This document shows positions 18,953-27,490 of a DNA stretch of 64,000 bases, piece after piece. The notes under the pieces are model-generated. The model was not told the DNA's origin. It searched no databases and saw nothing but the letters and a program-made list of their open reading frames with translations. The position numbers were made by a program, and so were the translations under genes. Source of the stretch: Parcubacteria group bacterium (GTDB lineage Bacteria > Patescibacteriota > Minisyncoccia > Phycocordibacterales > UBA2135); contig JACQLS010000030.1 of NCBI GenBank assembly GCA_016204005.1, positions 25,952-89,951 on the forward strand, given 5' to 3'. Within the stretch, counting starts at the first letter, position 1. Each line of letters begins with the position of its first letter.

Positions 18953-19630
18953 ATGGAATCCCCAATCTACAACCAAAAAGGAGAAGAGGTTGGAAAAATT
19001 TCTTTACCAGAGAGCATTTTCGGCCTGCCCTGGAATGCTGATTTGGTACACCGTGTTTTTGTCTCCTACACAGTGAATGCGCGGACTTCAATTGCCCACA
19101 CAAAAAATCGCGCAGAGGTTTCTGGTGGTGGAAGGAAGCCTTGGCGGCAAAAGGGGACAGGTCGCGCGCGACACGGATCAATTCGCTCGCCTTTGTGGGT
19201 TGGTGGCGGTATTGCGTTTGGCCCACGGAACGAGCGAATCTATGAGGCAAAAATAAACAAAAAAGAGAAAATCAAAGCCCTCTTTGTTGCGCTCTCAGAA
19301 AAGATGCGTAGTGGAGAGATCTTCTTTCTTGATGCGCTTACGCTTGCGGATGCAAAGACACGCGAAGCAAAAACGCTTCTCTCGTCACTCGCAACCGCAT
19401 TGGGCAAGGACATGAATGCCACCCGGGCGCATGGAGTAATGGTCCTCACTTCAGCACAGGAGGAAATGCTTATTCGAAGCTTCCGTAATATCGGAAATGT
19501 AGAGGTAAAGAACATTTCGGATGTTAATCTTCCTGATGTCTTGCGCTTTAAATATCTAATCATTGTCGACCCAGAGAAGGGACTTCCTAAACTAGAGGGA
19601 AGGAAGACAACCCGTCGCGTTAACGCCTAA
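18953..19630 (+). CDS. rplD: 50S ribosomal protein L4
   Basis: Position and similarity (RKPWRQKGTGRAR). Confidence 0.88.
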   Translation: MESPIYNQKGEEVGKISLPESIFGLPWNADLVHRVFVSYTVNARTSIAHTKNRAEVSGGGRKPWRQKGTGRARHGSIRSPLWVGGGIAFGPRNERIYEAKINKKEKIKALFVALSEKMRSGEIFFLDALTLADAKTREAKTLLSSLATALGKDMNATRAHGVMVLTSAQEEMLIRSFRNIGNVEVKNISDVNLPDVLRFKYLIIVDPEKGLPKLEGRKTTRRVNA

Positions 19631-19662
19631 GCGTTACCTATTTATACGTTTAACTTTTTCTC

Positions 19663-20142
19663 ATGGCTTTATTCGATTTATTCAAAAACCAAAAGAAAGG
19701 CAGGGATGCCGATGCGGTAACTGCAAAACCGGCGCGCGAAACGGCGGCGGCGGAAGCACGCGCTCGTGAGAAACAAACGACATCTAAGGGGGAGGCAAAA
19801 GAAAAGAAGCAAAACCGCGCAGTCAAAGCAGCTGTAGCCAACACCCGTGACTCGGCAGAGGGCGGCGAGGCATACGCGTCTATTATCCTCAAACCTTTTA
19901 TTACGGAGAAGTCCTCTTTTATGAGTGCGGATGGCGCATATGTGTTTGCTGTCAGCAAAGATGCTACAAAGAATGAAATTAAAAAGGCGATCCGTGAAAT
20001 GTACAAAGTTACTCCGAAGCGAGTGAATATCCTAACACAACACGCAAAGCGTCGTTTTCTCCGGGGTCGAGAAGGCGTTCGCTCACGTCCCAAAAAGGCA
20101 ATTGTCTTTTTGAAAAAGGGTGATAGAATCGAATTCGTATAA
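19663..20142 (+). CDS. rplW: 50S ribosomal protein L23 with a ~65-aa A/K/E-rich N-terminal extension
   Basis: ILKPFITEKSS...YVFAVSKDATKNEIKKAI core. Confidence 0.85.
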   Translation: MALFDLFKNQKKGRDADAVTAKPARETAAAEARAREKQTTSKGEAKEKKQNRAVKAAVANTRDSAEGGEAYASIILKPFITEKSSFMSADGAYVFAVSKDATKNEIKKAIREMYKVTPKRVNILTQHAKRRFLRGREGVRSRPKKAIVFLKKGDRIEFV

Positions 20143-20153
20143 ACAGCTAGACT

Positions 20154-21002
20154 ATGAAGAAATTACGACCAACAACACCGGGACAACGAGGCGCCATCCT
20201 CCCAAGCTTTAAGGCAGTCTTAACGACCGGAAAACCGTTTAAGGCCCTTGTTCGTGGCGGGAAAAGGCATGGTGGACGTGGAAACACAGGCCGCATTACA
20301 ACCCCGCACAAAGGAGGTGGCCACAAGAGGCGTCGTCGCCTTGTTGATTTTCGTTTTGATAAAAAGGATATACCGGCGCGTGTTGAAACTATCGAATATG
20401 ATCCTGACCGCAGTGCCTTTATTGCCCTGGTCCTCTACAAGGATGGGGAGCGCCGCTACATACTTGCACCAAAGAACATGCGCCCCGGGGACACGTTCAT
20501 TGTTTCAAAGACCGCAGAATTGAAACCAGGTAACCGCACAGTTTTAGGAAACATCCCTGTGGGTACCTTTGTACATAACATCGAGATTCAGGCAGATGGC
20601 GGCGGTAGAATCGCCAGATCGGCAGGGGGATCTGCACAAGTAATCGCACACGCAGAGGGTCACACACAGCTTAAGATGCCGTCCGGAGAAGTGCGCAAGG
20701 TATCGCGTGCTGGGTGGGCGACGGTAGGAGAGGTTTCGCACGAAGAGCACAAGCTGCGTAGCATTGGCAAAGCAGGACGTTCACGATGGAAAGGCATTCG
20801 ACCAACAGTCCGAGGTGTTGCCATGAACCCGGTTGACCACCCGCACGGTGGTGGTGAAGCGCACCACTCGATTGGGCTACGTTCAGGCCCTAAGACACGG
20901 CAAGGAAAGCGTGTCGGGGGTGTTAAGACTCGTCGAGCAAAGAAATATTCGAACAATCTTATTATGCAAAGGAGGAAGAACGCCCGCGAGCGCAGGCGAT
21001 AG
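20154..21002 (+). CDS. rplB: 50S ribosomal protein L2
   Basis: GRITTPHKGGGHKRRRR motif; 282 aa. Confidence 0.92.
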   Translation: MKKLRPTTPGQRGAILPSFKAVLTTGKPFKALVRGGKRHGGRGNTGRITTPHKGGGHKRRRRLVDFRFDKKDIPARVETIEYDPDRSAFIALVLYKDGERRYILAPKNMRPGDTFIVSKTAELKPGNRTVLGNIPVGTFVHNIEIQADGGGRIARSAGGSAQVIAHAEGHTQLKMPSGEVRKVSRAGWATVGEVSHEEHKLRSIGKAGRSRWKGIRPTVRGVAMNPVDHPHGGGEAHHSIGLRSGPKTRQGKRVGGVKTRRAKKYSNNLIMQRRKNARERRR

Positions 21003-21034
21003 GAGACCCCGCCCCCCTTTTGGCGGATTATTAC

Positions 21035-21069
21035 ACAAAAGCCGGTCGCCTCAGGCGACCGGCTTTTGT
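21035..21069 (+). promoter_or_regulatory. Perfect 16-bp hairpin (acaaaagccggtcgcc tca ggcgaccggcttttgt) within the rplB-rpsS gap, followed by a promoter-like TTGACT(21071)...TATAGG(21092); internal attenuator/terminator-plus-promoter candidate
   Basis: Read directly; an unusual 136-nt gap inside an otherwise tight S10 operon. Confidence 0.45.
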
Positions 21070-21138
21070 GTTGACTTTTATCCTAGCGTTGTATAGGATA
21101 CCTTGAAGGCCCGCAAGGGCTCATTTTAACTGATTTGT

Positions 21139-21486
21139 ATGGTACGTTCATCCCGCAAAGGTCCCTACGTTGACCCCAAGCTAATGAAAAAAGTCGAAGG
21201 GCAGAAACCTGCGAGCGGGGTTATTAAGACATGGTCGCGTGACAGCCAGATTGCGCCAGAAATGGTTGGCTACACCTTCGGGGTCTATAACGGGAAGGAA
21301 CATCTCCCCGTTGCGGTAACGGAAGAAATGGTGGGGCATCGTTTGGGTGAATTCTCTCCGACAAAGAAATTCCTACGGCACGGAGGTAAGATGCAGAAGG
21401 AAATGGAGCAGAAGAAGCGCGAGGCGGAAATTGCCGCAGCTGCCGCAGCTAAGGTAGAGAAAGCTCCTGCCGAGAAGAAAAAGTAG
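21139..21486 (+). CDS. rpsS: 30S ribosomal protein S19 with a K/A-rich C-terminal extension
   Basis: [17 protein letters not shown]...[10 protein letters not shown] core. Confidence 0.88.
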   Translation: MVRSSRKGPYVDPKLMKKVEGQKPASGVIKTWSRDSQIAPEMVGYTFGVYNGKEHLPVAVTEEMVGHRLGEFSPTKKFLRHGGKMQKEMEQKKREAEIAAAAAAKVEKAPAEKKK

Positions 21487-21501
21487 TAACCAAACTTTTC
21501 C

Positions 21502-21879
21502 ATGAAAGCTTTTTTGCGAAACTATCGACAATCACCAAGAAAAGTTCGGCTTCTCGCTGATCTTGTTCGTGGCAGGGAAGTTTCGGACGCCCTCGTCATC
21601 TTGGAAGCGGCTGTAAAGCGCGGAGCGCTGCCCTTGAGGAAGCTCTTGAGCTCGGCTATCGCTAATGCAAAAAAGAATGACGGCATTGGAGACGAGAGCG
21701 CGCTATACGTAAAAGAGATTCGAGTCGATGAGGGTCCAACCATGAAGCGCGGAATGCCACGTGCATTTGGCCGTTCAGCAATCATTCGAAAGAGAACCTC
21801 GCACATCTCCCTTGTTTTGGGAGAAAAAGTGCAAAAACCAGAACCAGTTGAAACTAACAAGCTAAAGGCTAAAAGCTAA
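21502..21879 (+). CDS. rplV: 50S ribosomal protein L22 (ends ...KLKAKS, encoded by an AGCTAAA heptamer repeat)
   Basis: MKAFLRNYRQSPRKVRLLADLVRG core. Confidence 0.88.
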   Translation: MKAFLRNYRQSPRKVRLLADLVRGREVSDALVILEAAVKRGALPLRKLLSSAIANAKKNDGIGDESALYVKEIRVDEGPTMKRGMPRAFGRSAIIRKRTSHISLVLGEKVQKPEPVETNKLKAKS

Positions 21880-21889
21880 AAGCTGTTTT

Positions 21890-22564
21890 ATGACACACGT
21901 CGTCCATCCATACGCTCATAGATTGGGGATACTCCGTGACTGGAAATCACGTTGGTTTAAAAATGGCCCCGTATACAGGGATCAGCTTCGTGGCGACACG
22001 CTCTTGCGGGAATATCTTACTAAGCGCTTGCGCAGTTTTTATATTGCTTTGATTGAGATTGAGCGAAATGGCAAGATGACCAAAGTCATAATCTCGTCTT
22101 CTCGCCCAGGTATGATTATTGGAAGGCAGGGTGAAGGCTCATTAAAGTTAAAGAACGACATAGAGCAATTTGCTCGAAAGAAAAAGTTAAATGTCGGAGA
22201 GCTTAAAATCGAGGTAACAGAAGTGCGCTCGCCAGAATCAAACGCGGCAGTTGTCGCGTACATGATTGCGGAGGGGCTTGAGCGCCGCCTAGCTTTCCGT
22301 CGGGTGCTTAAGCAGACGATGGACAAGGTTATGGCAAATAGGCAGGTAAAGGGTGCCCGCTTTGCTCTCTCCGGGCGCCTTGGAGGTGCCGAGATGGGCC
22401 GAAGAGAAGCATTAAAGCAAGGAAACATTCCACTTCAGACGCTTCGAGCGGATGTTGACTTTGCTCGCGAAAAAGCGTACCTTCCCTACGGCGTCATAGG
22501 TGTTAAGGTATGGATTTATAAGGGCGAAGTGTTTGAAAAAAGCAAGGAAAAGCCCCGCAGGTAG
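21890..22564 (+). CDS. rpsC: 30S ribosomal protein S3
   Basis: KVHPYAHRLGILRDW core; KH domain. Confidence 0.9.
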   Translation: MTHVVHPYAHRLGILRDWKSRWFKNGPVYRDQLRGDTLLREYLTKRLRSFYIALIEIERNGKMTKVIISSSRPGMIIGRQGEGSLKLKNDIEQFARKKKLNVGELKIEVTEVRSPESNAAVVAYMIAEGLERRLAFRRVLKQTMDKVMANRQVKGARFALSGRLGGAEMGRREALKQGNIPLQTLRADVDFAREKAYLPYGVIGVKVWIYKGEVFEKSKEKPRR

Positions 22565-22587
22565 AACACCTTTCATACAACCCCACT

Positions 22588-23007
22588 ATGTTGTTTCCCA
22601 AAAAAGTAAAACACAGAAAATGGCATCGGATGCGTAAAAACCCAAAGAAGGTACGCATCGAAACTCGAGGCACTACAGTCGCCTTTGGCTCGTTTGGTTT
22701 GAAGGTGATTGCTCCCGGCTTTATTAGGTCCAACCAAATTGAAGCGGCTCGAAAAGTTGTTGCACGCGCGACAGCAAAAACCGGTAAAATGTGGATTCGT
22801 GTTTTTCCTGACCGTCCGTTTACCCAGAAAGCGGCAGAAGTCGGCATGGGTAAGGGAAAGGGAGATGTACAAGGGTACGAAGTAGAAGTATTGCCGGGAA
22901 GGGTCCTTTTTGAAATTGATGGAGTAGAGAGCGTTGCCGCGGAGCTCGCTTTGCGTAAGGCCGGCTCAAAGCTCCCAGTAAAGACTAAAGTAGTTGCGCG
23001 GGTTTAG
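22588..23007 (+). CDS. rplP: 50S ribosomal protein L16
   Basis: MLFPKKVKHRKWHRMR N-terminus and operon position. Confidence 0.88.
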   Translation: MLFPKKVKHRKWHRMRKNPKKVRIETRGTTVAFGSFGLKVIAPGFIRSNQIEAARKVVARATAKTGKMWIRVFPDRPFTQKAAEVGMGKGKGDVQGYEVEVLPGRVLFEIDGVESVAAELALRKAGSKLPVKTKVVARV

Positions 23008-23010
23008 TTT

Positions 23011-23199
23011 ATGCAATACAAGGAACTACAATCAAAAGGAGTAGACGAGCTCAAAAAGCTCATCAGAGAGAAGCGCAAGGCGCTGCGGCTTTTTCGCTTC
23101 GGCTCCGCAGGTTCACGAACGAAAAATGTGAAAGAAGGCCGGAATTTGCGAAGAGATATAGCGAGAATTTTAACAAAGGTTACAGAGAAGTCATCATAA
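23011..23199 (+). CDS. rpmC: 50S ribosomal protein L29
   Basis: Size and position; [18 protein letters not shown]. Confidence 0.8.
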   Translation: MQYKELQSKGVDELKKLIREKRKALRLFRFGSAGSRTKNVKEGRNLRRDIARILTKVTEKSS

Positions 23200-23200
23200 T

Positions 23201-23446
23201 ATGGCTACAGGAGACCGAAAAACACGTCGTCAGCTCAAGGGGACCGTTGTCTCTGACAAATCGGACAAAACCGTCGTTGTTTTGGTAAACCGGTATGTTG
23301 AGCATTCGAAATACGGGAAGTTTATGCGTGTAAGCAAGAAATACAAAGCACACGATCCGGAGAACAAGTATAAGATTGGAGACACCGTTGTGATCGAAGA
23401 ATGCGCTCCGATATCAAAAGATAAACGTTTTAAAGTTTTAGCATGA
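23201..23446 (+). CDS. rpsQ: 30S ribosomal protein S17
   Basis: [28 protein letters not shown]. Confidence 0.88.
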   Translation: MATGDRKTRRQLKGTVVSDKSDKTVVVLVNRYVEHSKYGKFMRVSKKYKAHDPENKYKIGDTVVIEECAPISKDKRFKVLA

Positions 23447-23814
23447 TACAACCAGAAGCAAAAGTCATAGTTGCCGACAACTCGGGCGCACGCTTGTGCG
23501 AGGTCTTTAAAATTTTAGGCGGAACGCGAAGGCGTTACGCACGCATTGGCGATATTGTTGTTGCCTCTGTTAAGATTGCTGAACCGCGCAAGCTTGTAAA
23601 GAAAAAAGATGTCGTGCACGCTGTCGTGGTGCGTCAGCGCCAGCCATTCCGTAGAAAAGACGGCACGTACGTCAAGTTTGACGACAATGCTATCGTCATT
23701 ATCGAGAAAGGCAAAAAGGAGCCTCGTGCGGGACGTATTTTTGGACCTATCCCGAGGGAGCTGGGCGAACTTGGTTATCAGAAGATTATTTCTCTAGCAC
23801 CTGAGGTGGTGTAG
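23443..23814 (+). CDS. rplN: 50S ribosomal protein L14
   Basis: [17 protein letters not shown]. Confidence 0.92.
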   Translation: MIQPEAKVIVADNSGARLCEVFKILGGTRRRYARIGDIVVASVKIAEPRKLVKKKDVVHAVVVRQRQPFRRKDGTYVKFDDNAIVIIEKGKKEPRAGRIFGPIPRELGELGYQKIISLAPEVV

Positions 23815-23825
23815 CCTCCTATACT

Positions 23826-24131
23826 ATGCGGATTAAAAAAGGCGACAATATAATAGTCATTTCTGGTAAAGACAAAGGCAAGACGGGTAAAATCACCCAC
23901 GCCTTTCCTTCTGATGATCGAGTTATTGTTGAAGGCGTAAATATGAGGAAAAAGCACAGAAGGTCAACGCAATCTCGGCAGAAAGGACAGATAGTTGAAT
24001 TTGCCTCTCCTATTCATGCTTCGAACGTGATGCTTGTTGATCCTAAGACAGGAAAGCCAACGAGGATCGGTATGAAAATGGAAGGGGGGAAAAAGGTGCG
24101 CGTAGCGAAAAAGAGCAACACGGTACTGTAA
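23826..24131 (+). CDS. rplX: 50S ribosomal protein L24
   Basis: [23 protein letters not shown] (KOW). Confidence 0.9.
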   Translation: MRIKKGDNIIVISGKDKGKTGKITHAFPSDDRVIVEGVNMRKKHRRSTQSRQKGQIVEFASPIHASNVMLVDPKTGKPTRIGMKMEGGKKVRVAKKSNTVL

Positions 24132-24159
24132 AACATTTTGAGTTTTTGAAACATATCGT

Positions 24160-24720
24160 ATGAAGCTAACAAAGGAAAAAGAAAAAACAGCATTCGATGC
24201 CCTTAAGGGTGTATTTGGGTATGAGAATCGAATGGCCTCGCCACGTCTCGTCAAAGTAGTGGTTGGCTCTGGCACAGGGAAAGCATCGCGTTCTGATAAG
24301 AATCGGAATGATTTTATTGCTGAGCGCTTAGGGAAGATTGTTGGCCAAAAGCCGTCTCCGCGCGGGGCGAAAAAGTCAGTCGCGTCATTTAAGGTGCGTG
24401 AGGGGGAGCACATCGGTTTTTCGGCGACATTGCGAGGCCGACGTATGTATGATTTCCTTGACCGCTTTCTCTCAATTGCCTTGCCGAGGACACGCGATTT
24501 TCGCGGGGTATCCCGTACGGCTATTGACCAGATGGGAAACATTACGATTGGGGTGCCCGAGCACACGGTTTTCCCTGAAACGACAGATGAGGAATTGAAA
24601 AATGTCTTTGGGCTTGCCGTTACTATCGTGACTACGGCAAAGACAAAGGCGGAGGCAGAAGCGTTTCTTACACACATCGGCGTACCCTTCAAAAAAGAGG
24701 AGGAGTCTAAAAAGGCATAA
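24160..24720 (+). CDS. rplE: 50S ribosomal protein L5
   Basis: Position and similarity. Confidence 0.88.
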   Translation: MKLTKEKEKTAFDALKGVFGYENRMASPRLVKVVVGSGTGKASRSDKNRNDFIAERLGKIVGQKPSPRGAKKSVASFKVREGEHIGFSATLRGRRMYDFLDRFLSIALPRTRDFRGVSRTAIDQMGNITIGVPEHTVFPETTDEELKNVFGLAVTIVTTAKTKAEAEAFLTHIGVPFKKEEESKKA

Positions 24721-24785
24721 AAGTAGCAGATTGACTTCCGGTACCACCTTCTATATTATGTGTGGAAGCCCGTTAGGGCTTTCAT

Positions 24786-24980
24786 TTGGTTTTTATGGCA
24801 AAAAAGTCTGTAATTGCAAGATCAGAAAAGAAACCCAAATATCAGTCGCGCGTCGTACGGCGCTGTTTTCGATGCGGAAGAAGGAGGGGTTACATGCGTG
24901 ACTTTAATCTTTGCCGCATTTGTTTCAGGGAGCTCGCAAATGAAGGGATGATACCAGGAGTTAAAAAGTCTTCTTGGTAG
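24786..24980 (+). CDS. rpsZ: 30S ribosomal protein S14 type Z (zinc-binding)
   Basis: [23 protein letters not shown] CxxC...CxxC motif. Confidence 0.88.
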   Translation: MVFMAKKSVIARSEKKPKYQSRVVRRCFRCGRRRGYMRDFNLCRICFRELANEGMIPGVKKSSW

Positions 24981-25009
24981 TAAAACGTTTTCAAATATTC
25001 GATTGAACC

Positions 25010-25396
25010 ATGGATCCAATAGCCGACATGTTAATCCAAATAAAGAACGCAAGCTTGGTCCGGAAGGGATCGGTTGTTGTTCCCTATGCTAAGTTCTCGC
25101 ACGCGGTTGCCGACGTACTGGTGCGCGAAGGATATCTAAAGGAGGCAAGTAAGAAAGGACGTAAGGAAAAAAAGGTGCTTGAACTTGAGATTGCGTATGA
25201 GAACGGAAAGCCAAAGGTAGAAGATGTACAGCGTCTTTCAAAACTCTCTCGTCGAAAATACCTCGCTGTTCATGAAATTCGTCCCGTGCGCCAAGGCTAC
25301 GGAACACTTGTCATCTCAACACCCAAGGGGGTTCTTACAGGAGACGAGGCGAAAAGGCAAAAAGTAGGAGGAGAGGCCTTGTTTAAGATTTGGTAA
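25010..25396 (+). CDS. rpsH: 30S ribosomal protein S8
   Basis: MDPIADMLIQIKNAS. Confidence 0.9.
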   Translation: MDPIADMLIQIKNASLVRKGSVVVPYAKFSHAVADVLVREGYLKEASKKGRKEKKVLELEIAYENGKPKVEDVQRLSKLSRRKYLAVHEIRPVRQGYGTLVISTPKGVLTGDEAKRQKVGGEALFKIW

Positions 25397-25403
25397 TACG
25401 CGT

Positions 25404-25937
25404 ATGTCCAGAATAGGAAAACGACCAATACCCATACCAGCAAAAACAGAAGTTACCGTGGATAACCACACGGTTGTTGTTCGTGGGCCTCTCGGCGAGA
25501 CTCGTCGCTCCTTTACGGATGAGGTTTCTATTGAAGTAGAAAATGGCGCTGTGCTTGTTACCCCGCGTCGTAATGCTAAGCGAACACGCGCATTGTGGGG
25601 CACATATGCCGCGCACATAAAGAACATGCTCAAGGGAGTCAATACTCCCTATGCGAAAGATTTAATCGTGGAAGGCGTAGGATATCGCGCCGAGGTTAAG
25701 GGAAAGTCCTTGGTGCTCCAGGTTGGCTTTTCACACCCGGTACCAATGCTTATCCCCGAAGGTATTTCTGTGAATGCGGAAAAAAATGCTATTCGCGTTA
25801 GTGGTATTGATAAGGAGGCGGTTGGTCAATTTGCCGCAGATGTGCGCGCTGTAAAGAAGCCAGAGCCGTATAAGGGCAAGGGTATCCGTTACGCGGACGA
25901 AGTTATCCGAAGAAAGGTTGGTAAGAAAGCCGCGTAA
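25404..25937 (+). CDS. rplF: 50S ribosomal protein L6
   Basis: MSRIGKRPIPIP N-terminus. Confidence 0.9.
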   Translation: MSRIGKRPIPIPAKTEVTVDNHTVVVRGPLGETRRSFTDEVSIEVENGAVLVTPRRNAKRTRALWGTYAAHIKNMLKGVNTPYAKDLIVEGVGYRAEVKGKSLVLQVGFSHPVPMLIPEGISVNAEKNAIRVSGIDKEAVGQFAADVRAVKKPEPYKGKGIRYADEVIRRKVGKKAA

Positions 25938-25970
25938 AGAATCGTTTTCATAATTCTTATTTGTAATCAT

Positions 25971-26321
25971 ATGAAGTCTAAAACAACTTTAAGGAAACGG
26001 CGTCATATACGCATTCGAGCAAAGGTACACGGAACAGCCACGCGTCCGCGTCTTTCGGTGTTTCGATCGAACAAGCATTTTTATGCCCAGCTTATCAATG
26101 ATGATGCCTCCGTTACGCTCGGCGCTTCATCTGACGGTAAGGTAAGGGGCGGCAGAGAGAGCTCTCCGAAGGAGCGTGCAAAACTCATTGGTGCTGATAT
26201 CGCGGAGCAGGCAAGAGAAAAGGGCATTAAAGAAGTTGTCTTTGACCGCGGTGGTTTTGCCTACACAGGTATCATTAAAGAATTTGCTGAGGCTGCACGA
26301 GGGGCAGGTCTTGGATTTTAA
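25971..26321 (+). CDS. rplR: 50S ribosomal protein L18
   Basis: RLSVFRSNKHFYAQLI. Confidence 0.88.
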   Translation: MKSKTTLRKRRHIRIRAKVHGTATRPRLSVFRSNKHFYAQLINDDASVTLGASSDGKVRGGRESSPKERAKLIGADIAEQAREKGIKEVVFDRGGFAYTGIIKEFAEAARGAGLGF

Positions 26322-26330
26322 ACTGTATCT

Positions 26331-26972
26331 ATGACAGACGTTCCAACAAACACAAACACAGAACAAAAAGTTGTGACTGAAGCTCAAACTTCCGTTGCCG
26401 GGACAAGTGCTCCAAAGAGTACTTCATTTGGCGGGAGGGGTGCCGGGAGGGGAGAACGACCCCGGAGAGGAAGAGGAGGGCGCCCCGGAGAAGGAGGCGA
26501 CTCTCGTCGTGGAGGAGGCCGTCCGCGTCGCACAAACACTCGCGCGCGCCCCGAGTTTGACCAAAAGGTCATTGATGTTCGTCGTGTCGCTCGTGTCGTT
26601 GCCGGAGGTCGGCGCTTTAGCTTTAGCGTTGTTATCATATTGGGCGACAGGAAAGGGAGAGTTGGTGTTGGTATCGGCAAAGGGGGGGACACATCACTTG
26701 CGATTGAAAAGGCGACAAGGTTCGCAAAGAAAAGCATGATAAAGATACCTCTCACCGAATCGATGTCGATTCCGCACGAAACAGGCGCGAAATACTCGAG
26801 TGCCGTTGTCGAAATTGTCCCAGCCCCGGGAAAGGGTTTGGTTGCCGGAAGCTCAGTCCGAACAGTCCTCGATTTTGCTGGCGTCACGGATGTTGCCGCA
26901 AAGGTTATGGCTCGGAGCAAAAACAAACTAAACAATGCTCGAGCAGCCATTGAAGCATTGAAACGGCTCTAA
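26331..26972 (+). CDS. rpsE: 30S ribosomal protein S5 with a G/R-rich N-terminal extension; rplO follows directly with no rpmD (L30)
   Basis: KRVARVVAGGRRFSFSVVIILGDRKGRVGVGIGKG core; N-terminal GGRGAGRGERPRRGRGGRPGEGG low-complexity stretch. Confidence 0.88.
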   Translation: MTDVPTNTNTEQKVVTEAQTSVAGTSAPKSTSFGGRGAGRGERPRRGRGGRPGEGGDSRRGGGRPRRTNTRARPEFDQKVIDVRRVARVVAGGRRFSFSVVIILGDRKGRVGVGIGKGGDTSLAIEKATRFAKKSMIKIPLTESMSIPHETGAKYSSAVVEIVPAPGKGLVAGSSVRTVLDFAGVTDVAAKVMARSKNKLNNARAAIEALKRL

Positions 26973-26982
26973 TATTCACACC

Positions 26983-27432
26983 ATGCAATTAAACAAACTA
27001 AAACCAGCAACTGCTCGCAGGGCAGGGAAACACATCGGCCGCGGAGGTAAACGCGGTACGTATTCGGGGCGTGGCGGAAAGGGTCAAACAGCGCGTTCAA
27101 ATACGCACATGCGCCCTGAGATGCGAGACATCATTAAAAAGATCCCCAAGAGGCGTGGGTACGGCAAGAACCGCGCTCGCACGGTTAATGACTCGCGACG
27201 CGAATCCTTGCCAATAACTCTGAAACTCCTTGAATCAAAATTCTCTTCTGGAGAATCCGTGACTGTAGAGACCTTGAACGCTAAGGGGCTCATTAAGAAG
27301 AGTCGTTCTGCCAGGCTCCCCATCAAGATTTTGGGAATGGGTGCGCTCTCGAAAAAGCTCTCCGTCTCCGGCGTATCTCTTTCTAAGGGTGCGAAAGAGG
27401 CGATTCTACATGCCGGAGGCACAGTAAAGTAG
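26983..27432 (+). CDS. rplO: 50S ribosomal protein L15
   Basis: MQLNKLKPATARRAGKHIGRGGKRG. Confidence 0.88.
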   Translation: MQLNKLKPATARRAGKHIGRGGKRGTYSGRGGKGQTARSNTHMRPEMRDIIKKIPKRRGYGKNRARTVNDSRRESLPITLKLLESKFSSGESVTVETLNAKGLIKKSRSARLPIKILGMGALSKKLSVSGVSLSKGAKEAILHAGGTVK

Positions 27433-27490
27433 CTTCACTAGCTTTCTGGGGGATGACCACCTAACGGAAGCTAATGAAGCCCATGAAGCC

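Noticed and set aside
26384-26950. 188-aa minus-strand ORF and 114-aa + ORF (26395..26739) rich in R/P/G
   Set aside because: They overlap rpsE and its GC-rich G/R-extension coding region in other frames or the opposite strand. Artefacts.
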